Of a DNA stretch of 64,000 nucleotides, positions 25,515-38,837 are shown in pieces. The notes beneath the pieces are model-generated. The model made no database searches. It was not told the DNA's origin and saw only the letters and a list, made by a program, of their open reading frames with translations. Source of the stretch: Carcharhinus longimanus (lineage: Eukaryota); the NCBI GenBank assembly GCA_030264375.1, contig JASCQW010000027.1, positions 83,682,360-83,746,359 on the forward strand, given 5' to 3'. Positions within the stretch are counted from its first letter, which is position 1. The number at the start of each line of letters is the position of its first letter. Both the position numbers and the translations under genes were made by a program.

Positions 25515-25838
25515 ATCATAGAACCCTACACTGCTGAAGGAGGCCATTCAGCCCATTGAGCCTGCACTGACTACAATCCCACCCAGGCCCTATTCCCATA
25601 GCCCTACATATTTACCCTGCTAATCCCCCTGATACTAAGTGTCAATTTAGCATGGTCAATTAACCTAACCTGCACATCCTTGGACTGTGGGAGGAAACCA
25701 GAGCACCCAGAGGAAACCCACGCAGACACAGGGAGAACGTGCAAATTCCACACAGGCAGTTACCCAAGGCTGGAATTGAACTTGTATCCCTGGCGCTGTG
25801 AGGCGGCAGTGCCAAACACTGTGCGACCGTGCTGCCCT
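25515..25838 (-). mobile_element. HE1 SINE
   Basis: Full head, V-domain and tail. Confidence 0.9.
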
Positions 25839-26181
25839 AATCAAGTGGAAGAAATGAAAAGTTAAATGCTGAGATTCAGAATAAATATATTTCCTAACAA
25901 AAAAGTTTAGACTAAACCAGTATAATACAGAATAAACCAGAAATTGTATATGGCTGAAATTCGGTCTCCCTTTGCAACAAAGGATAGTTGATTAATAAAC
26001 AAATTAAAGTGAGAATGAGCCAAACAAAGGCAGAAAGGCAAAAAGAAGGAACAAAGTGAAATGGGGTGAAATTTTCCGATATTTTTTCAAAGTGTCTGTC
26101 TCAACATGAGAACCAGAGAGAATCCCACTGATGTTGACGACAGGGATATATTCACCCTCTTTTACAATTTTTTTCCTACCA

Positions 26182-26498
26182 GGCAGCACAGTGGCACAGT
26201 GGTTAGCACTGCTGCCTCACAGTGTCTGGGACCTGAGTTTGATTCCCGGCCTTGGGTGACTGTCCATGTGAAGTTTGCACATTCTTCCCATGTCTGCATG
26301 GGTTTCCTCCAGGTGCTCCGGATTCCTCCCACAGTCCAAAGATGTGTAGGTTAGGTTGGTTGGCCATGTTAAATTGCCCTTTAGTATCAGGGGTTAGTAG
26401 GGTAAATAAGTAGTGTTATGGAGCTAGGGCCTGGGTGAGATTGTGGTCAGTGCAGACTCGACCAGAATGGCCTCCTTCTGCACTGTAAGGATTCTATG
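26182..26498 (+). mobile_element. HE1 SINE
   Basis: Full head, V-domain and tail. Confidence 0.9.
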
Positions 26499-26619
26499 GT
26501 CCAAGAATTTCATGTTGTGCCTATGGTATCCTGCCTTTGATTTGCTCACCTACTCAAGACTTAATGGCTGTAATTAGTGAGGCTCACTATTTAAATGCCT
26601 CCCCAGCACTTGTTCCAAG

Positions 26620-26906
26620 TCATACAATACAATCCCTACAGTGGAGAATGAGGCCATCCAGCCCATCGAGTCTGCTCTGACTGTCTGACAAAGCCTCTTA
26701 TCTAGGCCCTCTCTCCTGCCTTATCCCTGTAACCCCACATGTTTACCCTGTAACCCCCCTAACATACACATCTTTGAACACCGACAGACAATTTAACATG
26801 ACCAAGCCACCTAACCTGCACATCTTTGGACTGTAGGAGGAAACCGGAGCACCAGAGGAAATCCACACGGACACGATGAGAATGCGCAAACTGCACACAG
26901 ATAGTC
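26620..26906 (-). mobile_element. HE1 SINE, 5'-truncated
   Basis: V-domain and tail. Confidence 0.85.
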
Positions 26907-26909
26907 CAT

Positions 26910-28300
26910 TTGGGGGTATGGCTGCCAGAAAGACTGTACCATGCTTCATGGAGGGAGTTTTCAGCAAGCTTCTGGATGGGGTTCAGCAGAGACTGTAAAC
27001 CCTCTGACCCCAACTGGGCAGACGTCTAGTAGAAAAGTCACCAGCCTTGCCTAGGAGGCTGTTGTCACAACTATGGGAGCCAGTTCGCTTTATAAGAGAG
27101 CAAAATGATTGTCTTCATGCAGCCAGGATAACTCTACCTTCTTTAGTGTCTCGTAGCAAACATAACGCACTTCACACCTCCTTGGACAACTCACCCCCAC
27201 CCACCTCCCATGACCTAAACATTTGCCCTGCCGAACCCCCTTCCTCCCAATCCCCCCCGTACTGTCTTTGCTCTTCACATCCTCACTGCTACCCCATGCA
27301 TGCCACACAACACTACTATCTGACTTGATATGACTCCGCTTACACTCTCCCTATCTGTTTCATTGCAGGACAAACTCAAGCACAACAGATGTGAAGAGAC
27401 ACAGCAGGGGTGATGACGGAGCTCAAGCCCCTGATCCCAGTCGAAGAATGAGCTCTTGACTTGGCTGGCATGAAGCAGGACCACACATGTACAGAGGGCA
27501 AGGTAGGGGCAAGAAACACATCCAGCCATGACACAACCTCATATGAATGACCTTTCTCTTATCAGTGTTCCCCTGTCCCGTGCTAATGCCATTTCCCTTC
27601 CATTGGAGGTCAATTTGCTGACCAGCACAGACCATCCTCGTGGCCCCTGAACACCGCAGACCTGTAAGATGTCTCACAACACCAGGTTAAAGTCCTGGTA
27701 CCACAGACCTGAGCAGCTCCAAGGGAGACATCTCAGAGACAAGTATCGAAGAGGTGTCATAGCTGCACCCTTCACCAGCTCAAATACTTGCACCTCAGTG
27801 GCAAGGCTTCTGGGTCACTCACTAGTGAGCACCACACAGCTGAAGATCCACAGCAGGCAGAGGCAGTGATGTGCCAGGAATCCAGCACTCAGAAGGATGC
27901 CAGAGCTGAGCTCTCTGCTAGGTCCCTTGCCAATGATGTGCCTCTGAGTATAGCCATCCTACAACTGCTGCTACAAATGCAGAAAGGCAGCATCTGAACA
28001 GGATGACAGTATCCCTCCTTGGACTGTAAGGCTGACAGGAGGAGTCACATTGCTTCTTTCTGAGGAGACAGTGCCATTACTCCAACACAAAAAGACCAAA
28101 ACTGCAGGTGTGGCATCTGCAGTGGAGGCCTTGGTGCAGGATATGAACTCCATGGAGGGGTGGTGCCCACTCTATGGATCAAGTCATGCAAATGCGACCT
28201 AAAAAATGCTACCATGCATGCCAGCCGCCAGACCCCTGGAGACCAGAAAGGCCACAGCAATGCAAAACTGCTAATGTCTTCAAGCAATTCGCCCACCACC
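26910..28300 (+). mobile_element. PIF/Harbinger Myb-like gene relic
   Basis: MAARKTVPCFMEGVFSKLLDGVQQR, intron, then ttgcag|GACAAACTCAAGCACAACAGA (DKLKHNR). Confidence 0.6.
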
Positions 28301-28319
28301 GAAATGCTGAGACAGAAAT

Positions 28320-28393
28320 GCTGGACTTTAACCTAGTGTTGTGGGACTACCTATTGTGCCCATCCCAGTCCAACACCGGCATCTCCACATCAT
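28320..28393 (+). mobile_element. Penelope family 3 terminal fragment
   Basis: tggactttaacctagtgttgtggg...ccagtccaacaccggcatctccacatcat, as at 54288-54360. Confidence 0.65.
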
Positions 28394-29499
28394 TCCAAAT
28401 ACATGTTTACCCTCAAAGATTCAAACTATTTACAGAGCAGGAAAAGAAGATAGCATTGTATCTGAATGTATTCTAACACAGGAATAAATTTCAAAATCTT
28501 TGAAAAGTATTGGCAGTTTGCTTATCTGTCTGGCTTTAGTTACAATGATCTAGACATGATTTGATTTAGTTACAATGTTAGGTAATTTGTTACCTGCATG
28601 CAGTTTGTGGACTTCTTCCATCTCCCCCTCTTTTTGAGTAGCACATCATGTTCTCCTGAATGTACGGACGAGTGGCAACTGGGAAGTAATGTCTGCACTT
28701 GTCTGCCAAATTGGAATTTGTTGTTGGTTCTGCAGTATAGAGTTTGCAAGTTTGGAATGGGTGTATGTATTTAGTTCAAAACAGTGTTGTCTAGTCTGTT
28801 GGCTGATGATTTGCATTTCAGAGTTAGGTGATCTTCTCCCAGTGTAAGCACAGGGGTTTCTGAAGATACATCTTATGATCTGCAATTCTCTCCATTTACT
28901 TGATGATACGGTGACCAAGGACAGGTCCTTGCAAATCAGCAGGCCTGCAGTCACTGGTGTCCACAATATAACATTTCTGGGTGGCCATGGTGAGCTTTTG
29001 TAATGACATTTGATTTAATTGGCTCCGGATTCAACCTCTGAGCCTTTGAATGCAGTGAGTTTGGGATTGATTGGTTGAGTTATTACTTGCCACTCTGGGT
29101 ACATACACGTCAGTGTGTGAAGCAGAAGGAGGTTTATACCTGCACCAGTATTCAGTTTTACAAATAGGTTATGCTAACCCTTCATCTATGGGCATATAAT
29201 CTGGACAGTGGTAAAGGCTTCTGTTGGTAACACTGCACCAAAACATTGTTTGATGTATACCATTTTGAATGTTAGCTCCCTTTGTGTGTCGGTGGTCTGG
29301 TCATTCTGTGAGTGACATATCTGATCTCGACCAATGCTGCTTGCAGACTGACAAGTCATGGGACAAATGCACCATGTGATAATGATTGACAGCATTTTAA
29401 AATATGGCAAATTTAAAGGAGCAAGCACATCATATTACAACAATTAATTACAAATGAAGACATGAGAAACATGGTCTCTCCAAGCAAAGATGTCCCCAC

Positions 29500-30400
29500 T
29501 CAAATTGATAATTAATAAGATGGAATTCCTAAGCCAATTGGTTCAAAAAACAAAATCTGCTGGGACAAATGGCATTTATCCCATAGTATTCAAAAAGTTG
29601 GGACCAGATTGTGAGATATTGACAATATACCTTTGGACCTCAATGGTGTGTACCACTACACTGGCAAATATAATGCGATGCCTTATTCAAAGAAGGTGTT
29701 ACGGGCACAGGCATCAAGGCGTACATTCGCCTTAGTTCCACTCTATGTAAAATAATGCAATTGATTATCAGAAATAAACTAGAAGATCATCTGTATAACA
29801 AAAACATAGCAATAGAAGTCAACATCTATTCAATAGGAAAATCCTGTGACCTGATATACTTTGACATGCTAAACCTTTTCATAAAGTTCTGCATATAAGA
29901 TTATTAATTAAACTCAAAGATGTGAGGATTCAGGGTGAAATATGCCAGAAGGATAGGAATTAACCAACACTCAGATAATAATTTCCTTCTCCATGGATTC
30001 TGCCTGCTGAGTATTTCCAATATTTTTTGTTTCTGATTTCAGATTTTTATCACTCACAGTATTTTTCTTTTGGATTAACTAAAGATTGACTGGGTATGGT
30101 TTGGGTTGAGTATGGAGTGAGGTCCCTTTGACCCACACTTGATTTGGGATCTACTATTGTTTCTAGTTTACATAAATGATTTACACTGAAAAAAATCTCC
30201 TGCAAAATTTTCAAAGTTATAAATGCTACTGATCTAAGACAAGTAGTGGAATCAGACAGGGTACCTTAGAGGTTATGGAACAAATTGGACAGCTGAAGAG
30301 AGTAATAGCAGATGAAATTCAATGGAGTCAAGTTTAAGAACCACACATAGGGAAGGAAAATAGGCAATGAAGAGGAGTCTTCCAAAAAAATTCTAAGTGC
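29500..30400 (+). mobile_element. Old CR1 RT fragment with a Penelope terminal fragment inserted (~29970-30070)
   Basis: KSAGTNGIYPIVFK, IYFDMLNLFIKF and LGSTIVSSLHK resemble decayed CR1 RT motifs. Confidence 0.55.
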
Positions 30401-31439
30401 TGTATTGGCAGGAAAAATGGTATAAATCACGATTGTTTTTTTCAATGGGAGTTCAGACTTGAATCTCCCACACATTGTGCATTGCAGAGGCCACAATCAT
30501 GATTATCATTAAAAGCTCCGGGGGGTGGGACCTATTCATGCCAAAGTCTGACAGTTCTGTAACTCTGCACATGCACAGTGGCCCCGTTCTGTCCGTCTCC
30601 TGTTTGCTGGTCAGCGCGGGCTTCTCATAGTGCAGNNNNNNNNNNNNNNNNNNNNNNNNNNNNNNNNNNNNNNNNNNNNNNNNNNNNNNNNNNNNNNNNN
30701 NNNNNNNNNNNNNNNNNNNNNNNNNNNNNNNNNNNNNNNNNNNNNNNNNNNNNNNNNNNNNNNNNNNNNNNNNNNNNNNNNNNNNNNNNNNNNNNNNNNN
30801 NNNNNNNNNNNNNNNNNNNNNNNNNNNNNNNNNNNNNNNNNNNNNNNNNNNNNNNNNNNNNNNNNNNNNNNNNNNNNNNNNNNNNNNNNNNNNNNNNNNN
30901 NNNNNNNNNNNNNNNNNNNNNNNNNNNNNNNNNNNNNNNNNNNNNNNNNNNNNNNNNNNNNNNNNNNNNNNNNNNNNNNNNNNNNNNNNNNNNNNNNNNN
31001 NNNNNNCAGAGTTCCTAGGCTCAGGGGCACTAACCCTTGCTGCCCGCTCCTTGGTGGGGCCCTGCTTGCTTCCCCTTCACTCCAGCAGGGTCTCTCCAAC
31101 TAGTTCCCCACACATGGGGAGCTACTCTAAACGCTGCCGGACTGAAATATTCCTGGCAGGGTAGGAAACACTGGCAGGGCCTGGAGAATTCAGTACCGGG
31201 CCCGATAATAACATTTCCATTCCATTAAAAACTGATTAAAACCACATACCTGATTTTCCCGTCAGCTTCCAGCGGGGTCTCGACTGAGCCTGCTCTCCGG
31301 CAGTGGAAGAAGCACATGCGTCGGGAATGCATGTACAAATCCTGCAAAATGGCCGACATGCACATCTCCCAATCTGATGATCCCAAAGAATTAGCATGTT
31401 GCGATGGTAGAATCGGGCCCAACATGCTTACACCATGAA

Positions 31440-32080
31440 ATGCTGGAATAGCTGAGGCAGAAGTTCAATGGATTGAAGAGTTTTAACAGTTTTGATGCAA
31501 AATACATCCAATCAATGCAGGGCAATAATCAACCAACAAAGCCAACGAGATTGAAGGGTCATTTAGATCCAAAACATTAACTCTGTTTCTCTTTCCACGG
31601 ATGCTGCCAAACCTGCTGAGTTTAGTTTCTGTTTTTATTATTAAAGTCAATGAGATGTTGAACCGCACAACCACAATAGAAGGATGATGTCAAATGACAC
31701 AGTGATTACATTTTAACATGTTCTGGTTGGAATGCACCTTAAATCCTACTTTGAGGTCTTGTTGCTTAGGAACAAGGGAGACATTCATGTTTTGGTTGCA
31801 GTGCAGTTAGGAGATAGGAGGCTATTTCCGAGTGTCAGGGGTCTGAGTCCTGAGGAAAGACTGAAGTAACTTCAGCTTTTTAGACTAGAATTGAGAAGTC
31901 TGCAAAATTTTTTCAGAGGTAAATGACGTTGTTAAGGATATAGAGAATATAATCTTATTTGTGGTGCCTTCTGTGGAATATTGTTTCAACAGAAACAAAA
32001 TGAAAGTGTGAATAACAGTTTGCAATATTGAATATATTTCACTATCATCCCCTATGTGGGAGGATAAATTCATATTCTGT
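31440..32080 (+). mobile_element. Old CR1 fragment with a Penelope family 1 terminus at 31550-31640
   Basis: LVGMHLKSYF resembles LVRPHLEY; gggtcatttagatccaaaacattaactctgtttctctttccacggatgctgccaaacctgctgag. Confidence 0.5.
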
Positions 32081-33649
32081 AATGTGCAACTCAAAACATT
32101 ACATCAAAACAGCCATTTTATTCGCTCTATTCGGGAGAGTGAAACAACCATATACTACCATTTTGAAGTATGTGCTATATTTCCTGTACTTTTTCACGCT
32201 TGTCCTGAATCCAGAATTGCTACCATCCATTCATCACCAATGATTTAAAATAGAAGAAACATAAAGGAAAGTGTTAGTATTATGCTAGTTGGGCACAAAC
32301 CCATAATTTTATTTATTCTTTTGTAAATATAATATGATATAATGGTCTGGCACAAATAGGATTAATGTGGGACTGAGTACAATATTGTCCAGATAGTGAT
32401 TTAAGAGAGTACATGACCTGTACTCAGGGTCTACCTAACGTTGGTCAGAACTGTGTGTACCAGCAAGAATGGAAACAGTACCGAGCTTATATCTTTTACA
32501 GTATATTTGTCATTGGCTTCAAGAGTAAATAAAAATTTACAGTTAACCTATGCAAGATTATAAAAATTTTCCTCCGAACTACTGAACTCTAACCAAAACC
32601 GTGCAACATGATAGCAGCATGGGTGGAAAGAAAAGGGAAAAATGAAAACACTGGGAGACTGAGAAAAATTTCAATAAAACAGTCTGATCTGAAAATAAGC
32701 TCTAGAAGCAGAGTTGCAGGTGAAAAATTGTCAGGAAAAAGCTCCAAAGAAAAGCTTGGAAGCTGGAGGTGGAAATTTAAAATTCCTCACAGCAGCAGGA
32801 GACTCTACTTAGCAGGGGGTGAGCTAAACCTTCTAAAACTCCAGGCTACAGCAAGTCCTGAGAAATATTTAAATAATTCAGAATTAGAAGTGTAATTTGA
32901 AAGAAAAGTCACTTAAACCTAATCCTTAATTCAACAAATTTGTGACATTAGTGTAAATTGCTAAGCAAGACAACACTGCAGACAGTTGATCTGGGTGGGC
33001 ATTGTTGAAAATTATTTTTTCAAATTGAACACAATCACCATTGTAGCGGAGCGTATCAAAACTGGCAAGTGTTGGAAATCCCTTTGTCTCTAAGTGAATG
33101 ACAAAGCCATCTTTAAATTCAGAGATTTCTTAAAAGTGGAACCTACACTTCTAAAAAAAATTCATGGATCAGAATTCCATGCTTCCAGATCAATTTAAAT
33201 GATGCCAAAGCCCAGATCAATCACTTAATTAGCCACTTTGGAGGAAAAGATTCCTAGGATACAGCATCGCTTCAGGTTTAAATTCAAAAGCACACCACTA
33301 TACTTGATAGATTCAGTTGCAGATTACATTATTACAAGATGGAATGAATGAATCATCATTTAAATTTGAAGAAGTACTAAAATATGTTGACATTTGTTTC
33401 AACCTATGAAGAAATAAAGTACTTGAAAAAGCTAAATTTAACAAGTGGGTCCAACAGCCAAGAGAACTTATTAATTCATTCATCAATGATCTGTACTGGA
33501 TGGCAGTATTTACTTAAAGTATTTAGTTGTCAGAGACAGAATGATGGTAGGAATAGTGGACAACACACTCTCTGCCCTTATGCAAGCGAAGGAAGATCCA
33601 ACCCTGGAAAAGGTAATCCAGATATTTAGGTGTTCAGAATAAGGTATGA

Positions 33650-34250
33650 ACATCCTGGGGTGTTACCATTAACTAGAAACTTAACTGAACTAGCCATATA
33701 AATGCTGAATCACAAAAGCAGGTCAAAGGCTAGGAATCATGTGGCGAGTAACTCATCTGACTGCACAAAATCTGTCCACAGTCTGTAAGATGTAAATCAG
33801 GAATGTGATGGAATACTCTACACTTGCCTGGATGTGTGCAGCTCCAAAAACGCTTGACACCATCTAACCCACTTGATCAGCACCCCAACCACTAACATTC
33901 ACATACTCCACCAGCAATGCAGCGTGCCAGCAGTGTGTACCATCTTTAAGTTGTATTGCAGGACTCGCCAAGGCACATTAAGCAGCACCTTCCAAACCCA
34001 CAACCACTACCATCCAGAAGGACAAGGGAAGCAGATACATATGAACACTATCACCTGGAAGTTCCCCTCTGAACCACACCTTCCTGATTTGGAAGTATAT
34101 TGCTGTTCCTTCACTGTTGCTGGGTCAAAATTCCTAGAACCCAGAGTGCTGTGGTTCAAGAATGTAACTCACCAGCACATTCTCAAGGGCAATTACGGAT
34201 GAGCAGTCAATGCTGGCCCAGCCAGCGAAGCCGACATTCCCTGAAGTAAT
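33650..34250 (+). mobile_element. L2/Crack-like LINE 3' part inserted in the Gypsy element
   Basis: gtgatggaatactctacacttgcctggatgtgtgcagctcc...caagggcaattacggatgagcagtcaatgctggcc. Confidence 0.8.
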
Positions 34251-35710
34251 TAAAAAAAAAGAACTCCATGTGCAGCACAAATCACTTTAAGGGGAGACGA
34301 TAAATCGTGGTGCAGAGTCAAACTCACAGTTAGGTTAATTAAGCAACAAAGACACAGGGACCCTGTAGGCCAGGGGAAGTAACACACAAACTGACCAGCA
34401 GAGCAACAACACCAACACTGTGGAGAAAACCGCCGCCACAGGCAAGGTCGGTGTTTTACAATTTCACCCCTTTGCTTGGACACTATGGCAAACTGCAGAA
34501 CAAAAATGCACAGAAGATCCAACGATTATCCATGAGGCAAAAACTGCAAACCTGGAAGGCAGACAGCCAAGCTTCTTGGGTGAGGTCAAAAGTCTTGCTT
34601 TCTCATTTTGGACTGTAGACATTTCAGTCAATGGTCATTTAACAAATTTTATATTAGACACAGGAGCCAGTTTGACATTCCTGCTTGACAAAATGACATG
34701 TCCAAAAGATCTCTGCCTTCAAACAACAGTCACAACACTCTACAGGCCGGAACTCACCCATGGCCAGCCCTTTTCCTCTGTTGAGCAGAGATGCCTGTGT
34801 AATGCTGCATCTCCTCAAAATGGTAGAAGATGTCTGGATGACCATTGTCATTCATCATACAGAACTGCAAGTTCCAGAGTACTCAAACAAATAAAGGCAT
34901 CCTGACTAGGATTTCAGCTCTGGTATGTCTTCTCTCTTTGTCTGTTCCTTCTTGTTGCAGGAGTCTTCAACAGTCAGACCAGCCAACCACCCAGGACATA
35001 GCGATGATGGAGGCTGTAAAAGACACCAATTGTCTGATGAGCTCAACTTCCAACTCTGACGATGGTACAGTAGGTCAGCACTACAACCATTGAACTCCCA
35101 GCCAGCACGTTAAAGGGACAAACTATGCAGGAACCTGGTAGCTGTTATCCATTGCTGACAGCAAAATGCAGAGATGAATGTACCACTAAACCGCATTCTA
35201 GTCACGGGAATACTCAACCTCTGCCACAGGGAACATCACAATGATCCACGCAATGATAGAAGAATTGAGGGAAATAACAAGGAGAAAAACACAATGGTCA
35301 TCCACCCAGCAAGAAACAAATTAGAATACCAACCACCAACCAATGCAACAGTCAAACTGACCAAGTGCAGGTCAACATGAAAGAATGGAAGAAGAAGATG
35401 AAAACATATCCAGATGCCAGAACAACCCCAACCTACAAGAGGAACCAGCAACAACAGAGCTAACCACTCCTCCAACAACAGTGCGAATGAGTTAAGGAAG
35501 GATCATGAGGCCTCCAGATTGACTAAACCCTTTGAATTCAAGGACTTGAAGGAGGGGAGATGGGGAAGTGATAATGTAGAAATGACAATGTAAATGTGTG
35601 ATAATAATAACAATGTAAGACATAAGTAAACCATAATCACGTAATATGCATTGGACTTGGGAGGGCGGGGCATGTGGTGTAGTAAAATGATCTGTCATAT
35701 ATGGCATTAA

Positions 35711-36225
35711 TAGAAACATAGAAACATAGAAAAACTACAGCACAATACAGGCCCTTTGGTCCACAAAGTTGTGCCGAACATGTCCCTACCTTAGAGATTA
35801 TTAGGCTTATCTATAACCCTCTATCTTACTAAGTTCCATGTACTTATCTAAAAGTCTCTTAAAAGACCCTACCGAATCCACCACCACCACCGTTGCTGGC
35901 AGCCCATTCCACACACCCACTACTCTATGAGTGAAAAACTTACCCCTGACATCTCCTCTGTACCTACTCCCCAGCACCTTAAACCTGTGTCTTTTTGTGG
36001 CAACCATTTCAGCCCTGGGAAAAAGCCTCTGATTATCCACTCGATCAATAGCTCTCAACATCTTATACGCCTCTATCAGGTCACCCCTCATCCTTCGTCT
36101 CTCCAAGGAGAAAAGACCAAGCTCTATCAACCTATCCTCATAAGGCATGCTCTCCAATCCAGGCAACATCCTTGTAAACCTCATCTGCACCCTTTCTATG
36201 GCTTCCACATTCTTCCTGTAATGTG
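35711..36225 (-). mobile_element. Young CR1/HER1 LINE 3' end
   Basis: Uninterrupted 133-aa ORF2 C-terminus (LGLFSLERRRMRGDL...FFTHRVVGVWNGLP) and (ctatgttt)n tail. Confidence 0.92.
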
Positions 36226-37879
36226 GGACTGATTACAGTAGCACAAACACAGTGATGTAAGAGAACACATGATCTGCACCCTGGATCAGTCTAGCATTGG
36301 ATAGAGCAGTGTGTACCAGCAAGCGTGGAGACAGCTCCTACCTGCATTGTACACTGTATATTTGTAAATAGTTCTAAGAGCCAATAAAGACATACAGTTA
36401 ACCTGTGATCACAAAGGCTTCATCTGACCTACAACAGATAAAACCAACTGGAAGCTTATAAATGTTGTCTTTTGCTGAAAATTCATAGACCTCAATCACT
36501 CTGAAACTAATAAAATATATTATACTATATGATATCAGGGACAGTACTGAGACGTTTAAAATTTTTCCTTTACTCAATGTACAATCTTAAAGTACATTCT
36601 AGACAGAAGATGATGAGAATGTGACATCTGCCTCCTGTAATAAATGAACTCTGTCCTTTCAACCTCAGTTTGATTGCAGTGCAAAGATGTATGCAGTATC
36701 AGAAAATCGATAGTGTGCTAAAATTAGGACAGTGTTTATTTTGGCATCCTCCAAATACCAGCAGAAGCAGACATTTGAATCTCTGCATATTGGAGATAAA
36801 AGTATTCAGGAAATGGCACTGTGTTAAAGAGGATACCATGTGCAAGGGAAAGTGTGTGTGAAGCTGCTATTCCATGCAGACTTGATTGGTTACAGTAAGT
36901 GCTGTGGGCCAGGAGCAGTAGTTCTTATATTTTGACACAGACATGAATGTCTGGCTGAAGCGCCATCATTCTTTGAATCACTAATCCAGGCATAATTTGA
37001 ACACAGAGTGAAAATGTAAGTACACTTCTCTGTTGAAATACAAAGTCAACTGCAAAAGATTTTATTTCTGGTCCGTGCTAAACCCGAACTCTGAGAAAGA
37101 CTGTAGTTAGGGATTACAATAGTGTCAAGTCTTCTGGGCTAAAATGGAAGACATCAGACATAGGCCGCTTCATAATTATTAGCAAGTCCGTCAGGAAAGT
37201 AAACAGGTCTAGGTGATGGATAAGAGTGGAATCACTCTCATCTGTGATGCCTATCATTATAAAACAGGTTGCTGAATCTTAGGCTGATGCATAAAGCACG
37301 GCATGCTAAGTTTAATCATCTTAGTGCGTGTGGAAGCATGAGTGAAATGTCAAGGCTCATTATTCTGGATGAGAAGGATGAGAAGAGCAGAAAGAATACT
37401 CACAGACTTTGTTCTAACTATAGGTAGCAGAATTGCCTTCACCCCACTAAGCTACACTGTACAATGAGGCTGTCTTGGGACACCATCTTTGGTCCTCCTT
37501 GCAGCCAAAGAAATGAAAGTAGCGTAGCACTGTCAGCTGCAGTAAAGAAATGGGACGATCTTTATATCGGAGAGTCCTCTGAAGCAGTCTATTAAAGACA
37601 TCATGACTTCTTCCAGGTTGTAACTTAACACCTAATTGGTTTACCTGGATTTCCATGTATTTTCTACCAAATTATAGTTGAAAAGCATGGGAGCCATGTG
37701 TATTTTCATCCTGCTTTTAATATTCTTAAAACAATGACTTAAGATTAGGTTCAAAAGCTCATGTTTAATTTTGTCATTATGTTGTCATAAAGAAACACAA
37801 CTTTGGAATTACCTTCAATGCATAGTAGCAACCTCAATTTTTAGTGTGCCATTGGAATGTGCCATTCTGCAACCTTCAG

Positions 37880-38730
37880 TCATTGATTTTTCTTAGCACT
37901 GGAAGACCAAGAAGTTTCAAGCAGATGAAAGAGTGTCTTTCACCGAGCTGGTGGGTCCTCCAACTGTAGCTGATGTTTATCTCAGTGTGTGCCCTGGGAA
38001 CAGGCAATAGAGTGCAGAATACTGCACTATGTACATGCTTGGGATGAATCTCAACAAAAACTATGACATCTTTTTCCAGACCTGCTTTGCAAAGACAAGC
38101 TCCAAGAGGAGATGGATGACAGTCTCTTTCTCAATGCAGCCACATCGATGGCAAAGTGCAGAGGATTGAGACTCTGAGGATTCAGGAAGAATCCGATGGG
38201 AAGGTGTCTTCTTACCATCAACCAAGCTATGTTTTGGTGCTTGTTTGAAAGTTCTGGCAATGAGGCATTCTGCCAAATGCTCAGAAACTAACTATCAGGA
38301 TCCACCATCTCCTTTTCATTCATGACTTCAAGGACTTACACGTAAACCAGCCAAGCTACACCTTAATGCTTGTCTGAAAGATCTGGTAAATTTCAACAGT
38401 CTGCTCAGAGAAATATCCAACAGGGATCCACCATCTCATTTTCCCAGGGGCATTATATATGGACCATTGCCTGATGGACTTGTGGTTTATTAGCATAAAC
38501 GCATATATGAGGGCTAGGTGGTACAACATGGTCCAACTGAATGGAGCATTCCTTGGAAACATGTGAAGACCTATCCTTCTCAAATCCGGGGACGGAACCT
38601 CAATGCAAGACGACATTTGGTGTTGGTGTACTGAGAGTTTATACACAGTTAAGGCAGTTGCACGTAAATGTGGCCATCAGGATGAGGGCAAAGTTGAGCA
38701 TCTTTCCTCTGCCCCACTTTATCTAACGAA
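37880..38730 (-). mobile_element. Tx1/L1-clade LINE ORF2 C-terminal relic
   Basis: PELSNKHQNIAWLMVRRHLP and ALCHRCGCIEKETVIHLLLELVFAKQVW (CCHC zf-RVT motif). Confidence 0.75.
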
Positions 38731-38753
38731 TTGCCCAGATAGTGCTGGCAGTT

Positions 38754-38837
38754 ATACTGGTGAATTCTGGGAACTCTTGTCTATATACTTCAAGCATGGA
38801 CATACTGGTGGATTATGGGAGCTGTTGTCTCTATACT
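38754..38837 (+). repeat. Diverged tandem duplication, period 48 bp
   Basis: atactggtgaattctgggaactcttgtctatatact / atactggtggattatgggagctgttgtctctatact. Confidence 0.8.

Larger units (their letters stand above)
32330..36455 (+). mobile_element. Decayed Gypsy LTR retrotransposon with both LTRs
   Basis: 5' LTR ~32330-32608 ending ...gcaaca, then PBS-like tgatagcagc. Protease WTVDISVNGHLTNFILDTGASLT (34610-34680); pol end GRIMRPPD*LNP; PPT gaaggaggggagatggggaag (~35548-35568). 3' LTR ~35570-35710 plus 36220-36455 is homologous to the 5' LTR. Confidence 0.75.

Noticed and set aside
30578-31103. Long ORFs of 146-162 aa
   Set aside because: They consist almost entirely of translated N gap.
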